Of a stretch of DNA of 64,000 nt, positions 38,801-50,500 are shown in pieces (positions within the stretch are counted from its first letter, which is position 1; each line of letters starts with the position of its first letter). The notes under the pieces are model-generated. The model worked only from the letters and a program-made list of their open reading frames with translations, was not told the DNA's origin and did no database searches. The position numbers were made by a program, and so were the translations under genes. The DNA comes from Cercozoa sp. M6MM. Its lineage: Eukaryota > Protista > Endomyxa: Ascetosporea. Location of the stretch: NCBI GenBank assembly GCA_040357565.1, contig JBDODJ010000013.1; one strand, given 5' to 3'.

Positions 38801-39475
38801 TGCAGAACGAGAGCGATGCTTTCTGATGTTCGTACAGTCGTTCTTGCACCTGTCACACAGTTGCAGGAGTGTCAGTAAAAGACGTTAGGAAAGGAAAAGA
38901 CGCAAAGTTACATCGGCTTTGGACGGATACGCCACCGGGAAATTGAGGGGAGGAATCGCAATCGATTCTTGTGACAACACTTGCGGCAGCAGCTGCTGCA
39001 CCTGCATGACTGACTTATCGTCTTGCTCCAGCATGAGCGACACCAAACGAAACGCGCGGATCTGCACTCAGTTGTAAAACTTTACACTCACAAAAATCAA
39101 TGAATAATACAATAAGATCACTATCGGACCAGCTCATTCAACTGGAGTCCGGTGTGCGCGCCTTCTTTGCTGCACTGCAGAAAGCAAAGTGCCACAATAG
39201 TAAAAAAAGAGACACGAACTCAAGATACCTGCCAAACAGCAGCCAGCACATTTCGCGGCAGTTGAGACGACTGAAGCACCGGCAGCAGCTTGGCACCCTG
39301 CACAGTCGGGAAAAATAAAGTCAGTGCAGCACAAAACAAGCACTGCGCATACCTCGACTGCATCCTTGCCATCACTCAGTGCCTTGAAAACAGCGCTGTA
39401 GAAGACACGCTCTTCTGCACTGACCACTGCTGCATTTCCTCGATTCAGCGACGCCGTCGCTCTGTGTGGCAACAT
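35825..39475 (-). CDS. Eps15/EH-domain-like endocytic adaptor: two divergent EH-like units, coiled coil, DPF motifs, C-terminal WxxF
   Basis: Helix starts 'SAEERVFYSAVFKAL' and 'TERERFVSLFRRL...SEGEFVATLTLL'; central coiled coil; DDPF three times (about 36885, 36080, 35978); ends DVDWAAF*. Confidence 0.6.
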
Positions 39476-39719
39476 CACAGAAACTCGATCTTCCACCGAA
39501 AACAGCAATGTACCCCCGAACAGGCAACGTTTGTGGAGCCCTTTGCACTCCCACGGCGTCTGCACGTTGTAGCATCGTTTCAATGTTGACAAGGCACAAA
39601 GCCACAGCCAAAACTTCCTCAATACTTTTTGTTTAATAATTAAAAGTCAATCCGTGAGCTTTGCCTCTGCGACTGCGTGGGAGTATACCAGCTTGTGTGT
39701 GCTGTCAGAAAAGTGCATT

Positions 39720-41395
39720 ATGAGCTCCCGAGCTGCCCGCGCTGCCGCCAAAACGGTAGAAAGTTTTTGTTCATTCTTGCACTCGAACATCCGAGAAAGC
39801 ACGACATAAACAGTTGCACCATGTGCGATGTTTTTGAAAAACTGGATTTGTTGCGCACATTTCTCTAATTTTGCCGTCTCTAATTTTGCCGTTCCTCGTT
39901 GGCTTTGTTGACCATCCGTTCGTTTTTATTTTCTTCTAAACAGGCTCTGCATCAGCCGCGCAAGGCCGTGCTGTCGAACGGTGTTCGTGTCGTGACGTAC
40001 GACTCTGGCGAGCTGGTGCCTTTTGACTTGCCGTCGTTGCTGCTATATTGAATTCTTGTGCTGCAGGCCTCGTGTGTTGGTGTGAACTTCCTCGCAGGCT
40101 CGCGCTTTGAGGACGCCTTTGATGGTAGATTCTCATTCGTTGTTGTAAGCATTGATTTTGGATCTAAACCTAGGCCGTGCGCACATCTACTCGAAGCTCA
40201 GTCTGTCGCCCGGTGACTACCGACTGCACGACGACTTGTCGCGCAAGATCGGTCAGTTGCCTGGTCTCGACAAGAAGCAAAACATCGGCAAGTCGACTCA
40301 AGAGCAGTTGCTGCACCTGCACAAGCTCGGCATCGAACAAGCGCCGGTCAACGTCACCAGAGACATGGTGCTTTTGAGATACTTTCAATTGTTGTCAAGT
40401 GAGTTGCTTGCACATGTTTGGATTTTCAGATGGGCACGACCGTCGGCGTGCTGCGTCCGTGGGCCGGCGCTGCCATCAAGCCGCTTGTGTATTTTCTTCT
40501 TTGTCGTTGTGCGATCAAACTGCACCAAATGTTATTTTTGCTGATAGCGATGCCGTGGTGCTTCCGGGCTGCTACGATGCCATCATCAACCAGCGCGTCG
40601 TTAAGGGTACTGCACAGGTTGATTGTTCCTCAGTGTGTTACCTATTTGAATGTTATGCGATTCAGAGGACTACCTCGAGCAGTTGCGTCAGCTGCGTGAG
40701 TGTGGTAGCTGAATTCTTTTCCAAAGGGAATGTTAAACTAACCTGATTGTTTTTCTTTTTGCAACAACAGACGAAGAGCTCCAAATCAACGAACTCGCTT
40801 TCGCCGCCGCTTTCAACGGCGTACCCACTTCACTCCCTCTGTGCTTCACGTTGCATTGTGCACTTGCACCACCTTGCTGCGCAGCAAGGTCTCGGCCGCT
40901 CGCTGTACGCTGACGAGACGACGCTCGACCAGGTGGGCCACGCGGAACTGCAGGACTACAAGCAGCGACTGCTCACGCCGGATCGGTACCGAAAACAGAC
41001 TCGAGTCGAAAGGGAGTAATACGTTGAGTCTGTGTGTAGTATGGTGATCACGGGCGTCAACGTTGATCACGACGAATTCGTTGCCGCTGCCGAGTCTGTA
41101 TTGTGTTTCCTGTCATTAGTCGCGTTTGCTTTTGTGAAGTATTGATTTGTGTTGTGATAGACGTTGTGTGAATACCGCACGCGTGACCGCGGCGAGGACC
41201 TTGTCGATGCGAGCTACTCGCCTGTATTCTTCCTTGCGTTTCTCAAACGTTTCTCAGTCCCTGTAATGTCAGTGATTTGGTCACAATTTTGACAGGGCTT
41301 CCGCGTGGCTTCTGGCAAGACGCCGGCTGTGTCGATCGGCTTCCGTGTGCCTGTACCGCTGTTTAGTCAATGCTTTAATAAGTGGGCGCTTGGGA

Positions 41396-41443
<48 letters not shown>

Positions 41444-41453
41444 NNNNNNNNNN

Positions 41454-41504
<51 letters not shown>

Positions 41505-42467
41505 TTTTTTTTTCAGGGCGCCGATTCTGAGTCGTTCGCCGCGCTGTTCGTGCTGCAGCTGCTGATGGGCGGTGGCAGCAAGTTCTCCTCCGGCGGTCCC
41601 GGTAAGGGCCTGTGCTCGCGTCTGTTCCGACTGCTGGGGTACTTTCGAGCTTTCTGTTTCATTCAAGAATCACTTTACTCCTGTGCCGCAGCGAAAGTAT
41701 GGGTCGTATCAAGCACGCCAGTCCAGTGTTTGAGAGTACTAAGGCTTTACTCTTTTCCTGTGGCTGAGGCAGTATTTCTCAACTGGTGACAGGCACGCCG
41801 AACGAGGCGGTTCTTGGCATTTCGCTTGTCGCTGATCCGGAGTTCGCTGAGCACGGACACATCGACACTCAGGGCCTGATGGAGGTACACTTGACTCTCA
41901 TGTGCGGGGGGGGGGGGGGTTTTGCTGACACGATGCATGCCTGTACAGCTGTGCGCTGTCGAATGGATGCGTCTCAAGCAAGGCGTCACGGCGGACGAGG
42001 TCGAGATGGCGCGCAACATGGCGATCGGCCAGCTGCAGATGAACTACGAGGACCGATTCGTTATCGCTGAGGACATGTCGCGCAACGCGCTGCTCGACCT
42101 GCCGCTCCGCACGGTCGACGAGTACACTGCCGCCGTTGCGGATGTACTCGCTTTTTTGAGTGCACATAAGTGAACCTCATATGCGAAAGTTACGTTTCAA
42201 TTTGCACGTGCAGGTCACGGCTGATCAGATCAACGGCATCATCGCAAGTACTGCTTTTCTAGTTTATCTTTGTCAGTGTACGAAGATGTGCTTCCTCTGT
42301 AGACATGACGCAGGAGGACCCGTACATCGCCGCTATCACGCCGTCGCGCTCGGCCGTGCCGTCGCCGGACCAGTACGTTTTTTTCTGCTCTCTCATGTGT
42401 GTTTGTCATTGCGCTTTTGTGTCTGTGTCTGTGCAGGCTGGTGGCATTCCTGAAGCGCATGCCGTAG
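39720..42467 (+). CDS. PMPCA: Mitochondrial processing peptidase alpha subunit (M16 family); multi-exon
   Basis: LSNGVRVVT, AGSRFE, GLGRSLY, RMVITGVNVDHDEFV and the diagnostic glycine loop LQLLMGGGSKFSSGGPGKGLCSRL (about 41553-41625); ends ...LKRMP*. Confidence 0.88.
41397..41500 (+). repeat. (TG)n microsatellite in an intron, containing a 10-N gap
   Basis: Directly visible in the sequence. Confidence 0.97.
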
Positions 42468-42866
42468 TGAATTTTATCGTGCTGGGCACCAGATCGGACA
42501 CTAGGGTGTTTCCATCGCATCCATCATCCCATCAACTTTCCTTTTTCTTTCCGTTAACGCTCCCGTCCGCGTTCTAGCCTAAAAGCTCAGTCGTGCCAGG
42601 CGATTTTCCGATAATTTCAGCTCTCTGTACCTCCGCTCCAGTGCTGCTACCAAAGTTAGCCTTGTTCTTTCTGATAGCATCTGCGAATCGCGAGATTCAC
42701 GATCAGTTGAGTGACATTTGGAGCGCGGCGTTTCTCTAAGTCATTCAACCCAAGTGATCACGTGACCTCTGGCTAAGAAGGTCAGTAGAGGCCTTCCTGA
42801 AACGTTGCGCGTAGCTGCGCTGGAAGGTGCGTGCATAGGAGAGCGAGTTGATCGCGTCGTCTCAGG

Positions 42867-43730
42867 ATGTCCGTCGCCTCGATTGAACAACTCGAAAAAA
42901 GACTGAAGTGGGAAGAGGAACAAAAGATACGCCACGTTCTGCAGGAAATCTACGCTGCGGCCAAAACTGCGCGCGAAGAGCAACGCGAACTTGCGCGAAA
43001 GCGTGCCTATGAAGAACACATGCGCCAACAAAAGGAGAGAATGCTGCGCGAGCGTCAAATCGAAAAGGCTCGCGACGAAGCAAACCGACAGAAAATGCTC
43101 CGCGAGCGCCAAGAAGAGGAGGAAGCGCGTCTCAGAGAACTCAAGCACCGAATGCTGCAGACTGAAGAGCACCGAAAGTTCTTCGAAGCCCAGAAGGAAA
43201 AGCAGTTGCGCGACAGGCGAGAAGTCGCCAGACGCGAGTTGATGCAAAAGCGGCGCCTTCGCGCTCAAATGGCGCAAGAGAACTACGAGAAACGACAGGA
43301 GAAAATGCGCCGAAACGAGCAACGCGCAGCAGAGCTGGCGAAGCGAATCCAGAACGAGAAGGAACGAAAGCTGCGTGAGATCAGGAGACAGCAAAAGGAA
43401 GCCGAAGAACGCACACGTCGCGCCAGATTGGAATCGCTGCGGCAGAGACAGCAACTCGAATTCAGGCAACGGCACAACCTGTACGCGCGCTTGCGCAAAG
43501 CAGACAAAATGGTGAAAATGACGAAGCGCATGCGCTTGAACGAACTGCACGAGGCGCACATGGCAAGCGAGCGACACAGACAAGATATCCTGCACAAAAA
43601 ACAAGAGGCTGCACGCACAGATCAAAAACGACGAGAGGATGCACTGCGAATGAAGGAGACTCTGCTCCGCGAAAGGGAGTACTCTCTGAAGAAGAAGGAA
43701 AATGACCGAATAAACTCACTGAGGTACATG

Positions 43731-43784
<54 letters not shown>

Positions 43785-44433
43785 CAGCAAACCGCAGCTG
43801 TACGTAAAATCTGACTGTTCTAAACTGTGCAGGGCAACCCTACAGGCGCAGCAACGAAAGGCCAGAATAAATCGTCGCGAGCACGAGAAGGAACTCGAGG
43901 ACCGCGTTCGTTCAGTGCGCGAGGACTTGCGTCAGAAGGAACTGCGTGTGCAACAGCGCGAGGAAACCCTTGAGCGAATGCGTCTAACGAGACAAGAGTT
44001 TGAACGACTCAGCAAACTGCGCGAGAAAATGGTGCAGGAGCGACTCGGAAAGATCTCGCAGATGCAGAACTCACCGGCAGCGGATCTTTTGTTCAAGCAG
44101 GAGAAGGAACCCGACTGGAATCACCTCGACATTGATGCGTACTCCTTAGATACATAAATTACACATGTACTGAAGAGATTTTTTGTTCCTAAATTTGCCT
44201 ATTTCAGGATCCTGAAAGCCGCGGGTATCGACCGATCCATGTCGCCGACGAGAAGCGACAGTGCACTGTCGACTCGTCGCAGCGGCAGTCCGCGCTCGTT
44301 GGGTGCCACCAAGTCACGAATGTCGAACTCTCGGAGTGCCGTGTTTGACCCGAGTGGTGCCGTGCGGCCGCCGCGTCCACTAGAGAATCGGGAGCTATTC
44401 AAGCGCTCTGTCGGAACTCGACTTAATCATTGA
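42867..44433 (+). CDS. Highly charged (R/E/K/Q) coiled-coil protein, three exons
   Basis: 315-aa ORF of E/R/K/Q-rich helix, a (TC)n-containing intron, and further exons ending ...TRLNH*. Confidence 0.75.
43735..43780 (+). repeat. (TC)n microsatellite in an intron
   Basis: Directly visible in the sequence. Confidence 0.95.
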
Positions 44434-44560
44434 CTGCATAAATCTCCGTCAGCTCTGTGAGAGCAGCACAGTTTTACTGTAACTTGAGTGGCTAATCGAG
44501 TTTAACGTGGCTGTCTTCAGCTTCAGTTGGCAGTTCTGCAACGATGGGCAGCTACGTGGT

Positions 44561-47500
44561 TCAGTTCGAAACGATGGGCAGCACATTGAACGTTCCGTTC
44601 GTCGCTGACGTTCCCATGAGTTCTGGCTGTTCCGCGGCATAGGCGTGTGCAGGCGGATGCTAGATACAACAGTTTGCACACAGTCAAAGCAATACATAGA
44701 TCCGCGTAATACCACGTAAGACCCAGGGATGTTGGAGAAGGCGAGATAGGACACTTGATGCGTTCCTGCGGTTAGATAGCTCGTGCGCCAGACCACCTGT
44801 TGTTGTACCAGTTGAAGGGAAACCGGGAGTCGAAAGAACAAGACCGATGCTCAAACGCACCTTGTTTTTATAAACAAATCGTTCGCGGAACACAGAGTGC
44901 GACAGCATCGAATCGAAACTGCTCGCAGCCGCACCGTGCGCAGCTACGTCCTGCAGCGGTTCAAGACCTGCCGGAAGCAGATCGGTCAGAACGACACCAC
45001 CTACGAAGAACTTTCAGTGCCAATGGTTTGCAAGAAAGGTCACCAAGTTGGAACTTTACCCGGCAGCGTATCGACTGAAGCCACTTGGATGGTGATACGC
45101 ATCATTGTGTTGCTAGCGACAGCGTCAGTCGGTGCGCCAACTTTCGGTTCGATAGGTTGCACCACACGTGTGACACTGCGCACAGTATCGCGAATGAACT
45201 GCTTTGTTTGTATACTACGTATCAGTACCTCAGACCACGGTCACGTGCGCGAAGGTGATCACTCACAGGCGGCACAAAAATCAGCGCCAGTACGAGTGAG
45301 ACCTGACCAGTGCCAGTGGCATCAATGTCGATTAGTTCACCCTGAGTGGCATTATCGGGCCAATCAATGAGACGGTTCTCGCGTTGACCGCTCTGTGCAA
45401 AGTGCTGGTCGAGCCAGGTGTCGCTGGCGAACTGCACGATGACTCGGAGTGACGGTGTCTCGTTGCCGACCGCTCTGTCGAAAGTGAGCAGCGACACAAC
45501 TTGAATCGCTGTCGAAGCGAGCTTCGCGGCGCTGTTTGAGTCGCCACGTGTTGCACGAGCTTTCCTTGCACTGAATCGCAGTTGCACCTCGTGACAAACA
45601 AACAGAACAAAAAACCAACTGAAACCAACCTTGCTGCCACTCATCGTTGTCAGTTTCGCGCACCATGTGAAGCAACGCCAACGCTTGCCACTGCACGTGT
45701 CTTGGTTGACCCTGTTCGTCCGCTACAGCATTGTTTTCGTTGGTATTGTCAATGTGAAAAGTTGATGAGATGAGTTTACCCCACGAAACGTAGGCAGTTC
45801 GACCCTGCACTCGCACCAGACGACGCAAATTGTTGTCAATGTCGCCCGCGATTTCTGCATCCGCGCGTCGCTTCAGCCGCATGATCAAAAGCTACGAATA
45901 GACGGTGATTGGCAAGAGTACTAATAGTAGTGTAAAGAGAACACACGGAGTTCAGGTCCATATCTTTCACTCGATCGAGCGAAACGTGTCGTTCGAACGC
46001 TCGAACCAGCGGCTCCATTTTGTGACTGAACTGAGTCAGCTTTCCAGTTCTGAAACAAAAAGAAGGACGAGTACGGAATCGAAGTCCACAAAAGAGCGAC
46101 CCAATAGGCCGGCATCAACTGATCTTCTTCGTAACGAGGAAGCGTCTCTTGTGCCGCCTGCGATTTTGCTCTGCTTTTAATCAGTCATTGGAAGTGAACC
46201 TGCTCGTACCTGATAGACGCCAGATTCCCAATCAGCAACCATTCCAGGGACTTCTCGACCAGTGTACTCCGAAAGCATGTCGCGCAGTCTTAAATAGCAC
46301 ACATTCAGGGATAACACATTTTGAAAGTGTTGAAAAGAAAATTAAAAGTAAACTTAAGTTTAATTTACATGAGCACGAAAGCGTTTAAAGCCAAATCGGC
46401 TCGTCGTGGTTGCCAGATGCTGCTTTTGGTTTCAGTTACACGTTAAAGCAGAGAGAGAAAGATCAAATAGTTGCTTTGTACTAGTCGAAACGACGGAGTC
46501 CATAACGCTCGTCCGTGAGTTCTTTCGTTCGCCGTTCGCACTCTTCTTTCAGCGTCAAGTAACACTCGCTTTCATAAGGTTCGCAAAGTGCTTCGTGCAC
46601 ACTTTGCGTGATGCGGCTATTGAGCAGCATCCAGGTTAAGGCTACAGTACAGATACAGGCCCGAGTAAAACTGAATCTTTGACATGACTGAAAGATGTAG
46701 ATCTAGAGATGTCTTTACCAGCGGTTTCGCCATCGATGAGTTGTTGCTCCTTTTCAAAAACAAGTTTCGCGACATAGCGCAGCAGTTCGAGCAGCAACTG
46801 ATCCGAAACTGTCTTGTAGCCAACGCCTGCGCTCACTTCGATCCGCGCAGTGTCCGTGTTGTCCGTGAACGGCAGATCCAGACCCTCTTTCCACTCATTC
46901 TCGACTACCATGGACGTAGCAACAATTACCGCTTCCTGGACTGGCACTACCGAAAGCTGATGCAACATAGCATCCGTACTGCCTTTACTGTTGCTTGCAT
47001 CGAGCACGACAGAAATGTCGCCTTCGACGTCGCTTTGACACATCGATGTCACTCGAGCCGAGTCAACGATTTCGGCAGTGACCGAAGTTGCCGAAATCTC
47101 GAGGTTTTCGCTTTCGAGTGTCAGTTCGACGGTGCCATTTCCAGTGATGATTCCACCTGACTTGGGAAGATTCAGACAGCGTTAAAGAATGAAAACATCA
47201 AAATACCACACTGGAAGCTGTCACCGTGACGTGCAAACAGAGGGAACAGCGGCGTGATCGACAGAGGTTTCTTCACCGTCAACTGCGATTCGAAGGATCG
47301 AAGCAACACACTCGGTTCGCCTGATGCGGCTTCCGGGTTTCCGTCGGCAAAGTAGACATTTTTTGGACGTGTGTCAACATCGTTGAACGACTCGAACAAT
47401 GCAAAAAGTCGCAGTTTAAACGTTCCCAGATTTTCCGGAAGCTTAACCCGTAGCACGGCAGAGTCTTCTGTATTTATTCGCACAAAAGTTGTAAAAACGC

Positions 47501-50500
47501 AACGCAACACAACAGAATAAACGAAAGTGAGTTGAAACCTTTGAGAACAGTCGAAGCAATCAAAGTCGTCGTTGCGAAGTTCTTGCGAACCTGACTTGGA
47601 CCAGTACCACTCCCGACACCGCTCGCTTCGAATTCGTCAGCAGCACTGTCCATCTGCGGCAACGTTGTCAAAGGTTCGTCCATCTGCGCACCACCTCCTC
47701 TTGCAGCAAGTCTACGTTTGGCATGCATTACCCTAAATTATGAATGAGCCGAGATACAACGTTAGTAGAATGCAAAAATAAAGGAGCTTGGTACGGAACT
47801 GGAAAGACGCGACGACATTGCGGCGGAGTCGGAGGATCGAATATCGTGTGATTCACGTTGCCAGTGTACGTGAGCCAACTGTAGTCTTCGTCAAACACGA
47901 CACTGTCGGGCAAATCGACTTCACCCGGACAGTTTCGGCGATTTGCGATGCTATCTGCATAAACCGCCTTAGAAACAAATATTTTCAATCAAAAATAAAA
48001 ATGAAGGAACCAGGGGTAGCGGCGAAGATATTCGGCGCCAGCCAAGCGTCAGTTTGAACGCGCTTTCGCCAAGTTTCGTCTAAATAAAATTAATTGTGAA
48101 GAACAGAACAAGCTACTCAACTGGAAGAAGGTTGCACCGTAGAGATCTAGCGAAGCTTGCCACAACTGCGCGTCCAAGTTTGATTGTGCTTGGGGGGTCT
48201 AAAAGCGCAACATCATCTATCAAGCAGATATCTTTGCATGAGGAAACGTACATAAGCAGTCATATCGACAGCGTTTCTTTCGTCTGACAGTTTCCATAGA
48301 GGCAAAGGTTCCAGTTCGAGAATCGATGCGTCGACGAGATAGCCAAAAACGACCATGTTGGAGCGCCCAGTCACTTCGATTTCAAGCACAGAGTCGGGTT
48401 CAACGACGCTAGCGTGAGAGGCGCGAAGCACTTCGTCTTCTTCAGTTTCGTCGCTTTCATTTTCGACCGGACTTGCTTTCACAAGTGTTTCGAGTGAAAT
48501 TGTTTTTGCGACAGTTGAAACGAATGCAAACGAAGCATCAAAGTCAGCTGCAAATTGTCCGGCACCCTGAATGTTTTCCCAGTCACGAGAATGAAAGCAA
48601 AGTACTGTAAGTCCAGATTCACAAGCACCAGTGTTCGCGTCTGTCGTGGCACGTACACTGCAGCAGAAACGTGAACTTGTGTCGGAACGGTGTAACCCTC
48701 GATCTACAGTACGGTACAGTGAAATCTAAGTTTAGACATCTAGAAAGCTGAAAGTACAACTGAAAGCTGAATGAAAGTACAGTCGTTGTCGGTGAAGCAA
48801 CGAAGCGTGCTCGAACTTGAACATCTTGCATTTCTATGGACCAGTTTTCCTTCTGTTCATAGTACGTACACTCCAATCAGTGTCCCAAGTACCTGAAGGT
48901 AAGTCAAAGAATGCAATCTGCGGTGTTTGAGAGCTCGAAACTGACGAGACTTCAATTGCCACCTTTGTTCCTTCTGTTGATACAACAGTTTCTTTTCAAA
49001 CTGACGCTTCAAAAAGCAAGTATCTCTACCAAAGTATGAAAGGAAGTCGAGGTTGACAAAGAATGACTCCGTTTCACTGTTCCAATCATTAACAGTGAGA
49101 CTCAGCGAATGATCGAGCACGTGTCGCACCGATGTGACCACACTGGATTCGAGTCCAGGAGGTGACCACGCAGGAACTTTGGTCGAAGCAACTGATGTGC
49201 CATCACTCAGCAGCACGTGCCATTCTTGATTGAACTGCAAAGCATCCTGGTGCAAGTGCACGATGCATTTGAGAACGGTTTCGTCCTGAACAAAAGCTTC
49301 GCATGTCGTCACTTGGCTTGTTTCGCGGATTTCGTCACTCTCCGTGTCAACTGCTTTCCAAACCACCCTCAACTCCGGCTGCTCAAACTTGTTTTCGTCG
49401 TGCACTTTCACGTCTCTGCAAAAACACAGTTACTACAGTTTACTACAGAAGCGACCGGTGCTTGGAGAAACGCACACAAAAAGCGGCACGAACACCCTCG
49501 GAAGCAGTTTGTCTTGCACACGAATTGACACATCGAAGGATCGAACGCGAATCGGTCTGGACAGCGATTCGAGCAGGATCTCTCCTGTTGGTCCAGTGCA
49601 GGACACTTGTACGTTCAAGCCGAGTTGCGAAACACGTGTCCAGGTATCTTCGGGAATGTCGAATTCGATTTGCGCCGTCGCAGGTGTGGTCACATTCGTT
49701 TCGTACGACAGAGTTGTTACAGTTCCATTTTCTAAAGTTCACATCGAAGAAACATCGATACGCAACAATTAAAATCACCAACATCACACAAAACCCCAAA
49801 AAGAGCTGATACCTTGAGGAACAGGAATCGTGACTTTGATGTCGCAGTTGCGTCGGAGAACGATGCCCAAGTCAGACGTGATTTCAAGTGAGGTTTCGAA
49901 AGCTTCATTTGGTTCCAGATACTTGCCCGGGTTGAGAACTGTCGTTTCGAGGAAAGCTGTCGGTCTGCGCGGATCTGCCACTTTCAAAGTCAGTGTCGTG
50001 CTTGCAAGCGCATCTTTCACTAAACATCCTCGAAAGTACAACAGCAATAACGATCGAATCAAAGAAGCAAAACGTACATTCGGCATCGATGTTGTCAAGA
50101 GCGTACAGTGAGATTGAGTGCATGGCAGGAAGTGCAGTCACCGGCACTTGAATCGAGCCTGTTCGGAGCCCCAAATGACCCTCTAGCAGAACGACACGAG
50201 TGTCAGGACAAGAGTCTTGACACAGGAAGTGAGTGACTGCAACGACATGAAGCGGTGACTGTGTTGACTCCTGTGGCCACACAGTGAAGCCACTCAGGTA
50301 CACGGTTTCGTTCTTGTCGTATAACTTGCGATCAGTCGTGAAAGACAACTGCAGTCGATTCACATGCACATCGGCAGAAGCGAAAGACGGTCCTTGAACG
50401 AAAGCAACGTCAGTGGCAGTGTTCACCAGCCAGTCAACATGCACATATTCGGTTTCGATCTCGTCCGGCAGTGTCACGTGTGCGTAGGCATGACACGTAC

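Noticed and set aside
42741-43625. 294-aa hydrophobic minus-strand ORF
   Set aside because: Antisense shadow of the E/K/R/Q-rich coiled-coil exon.
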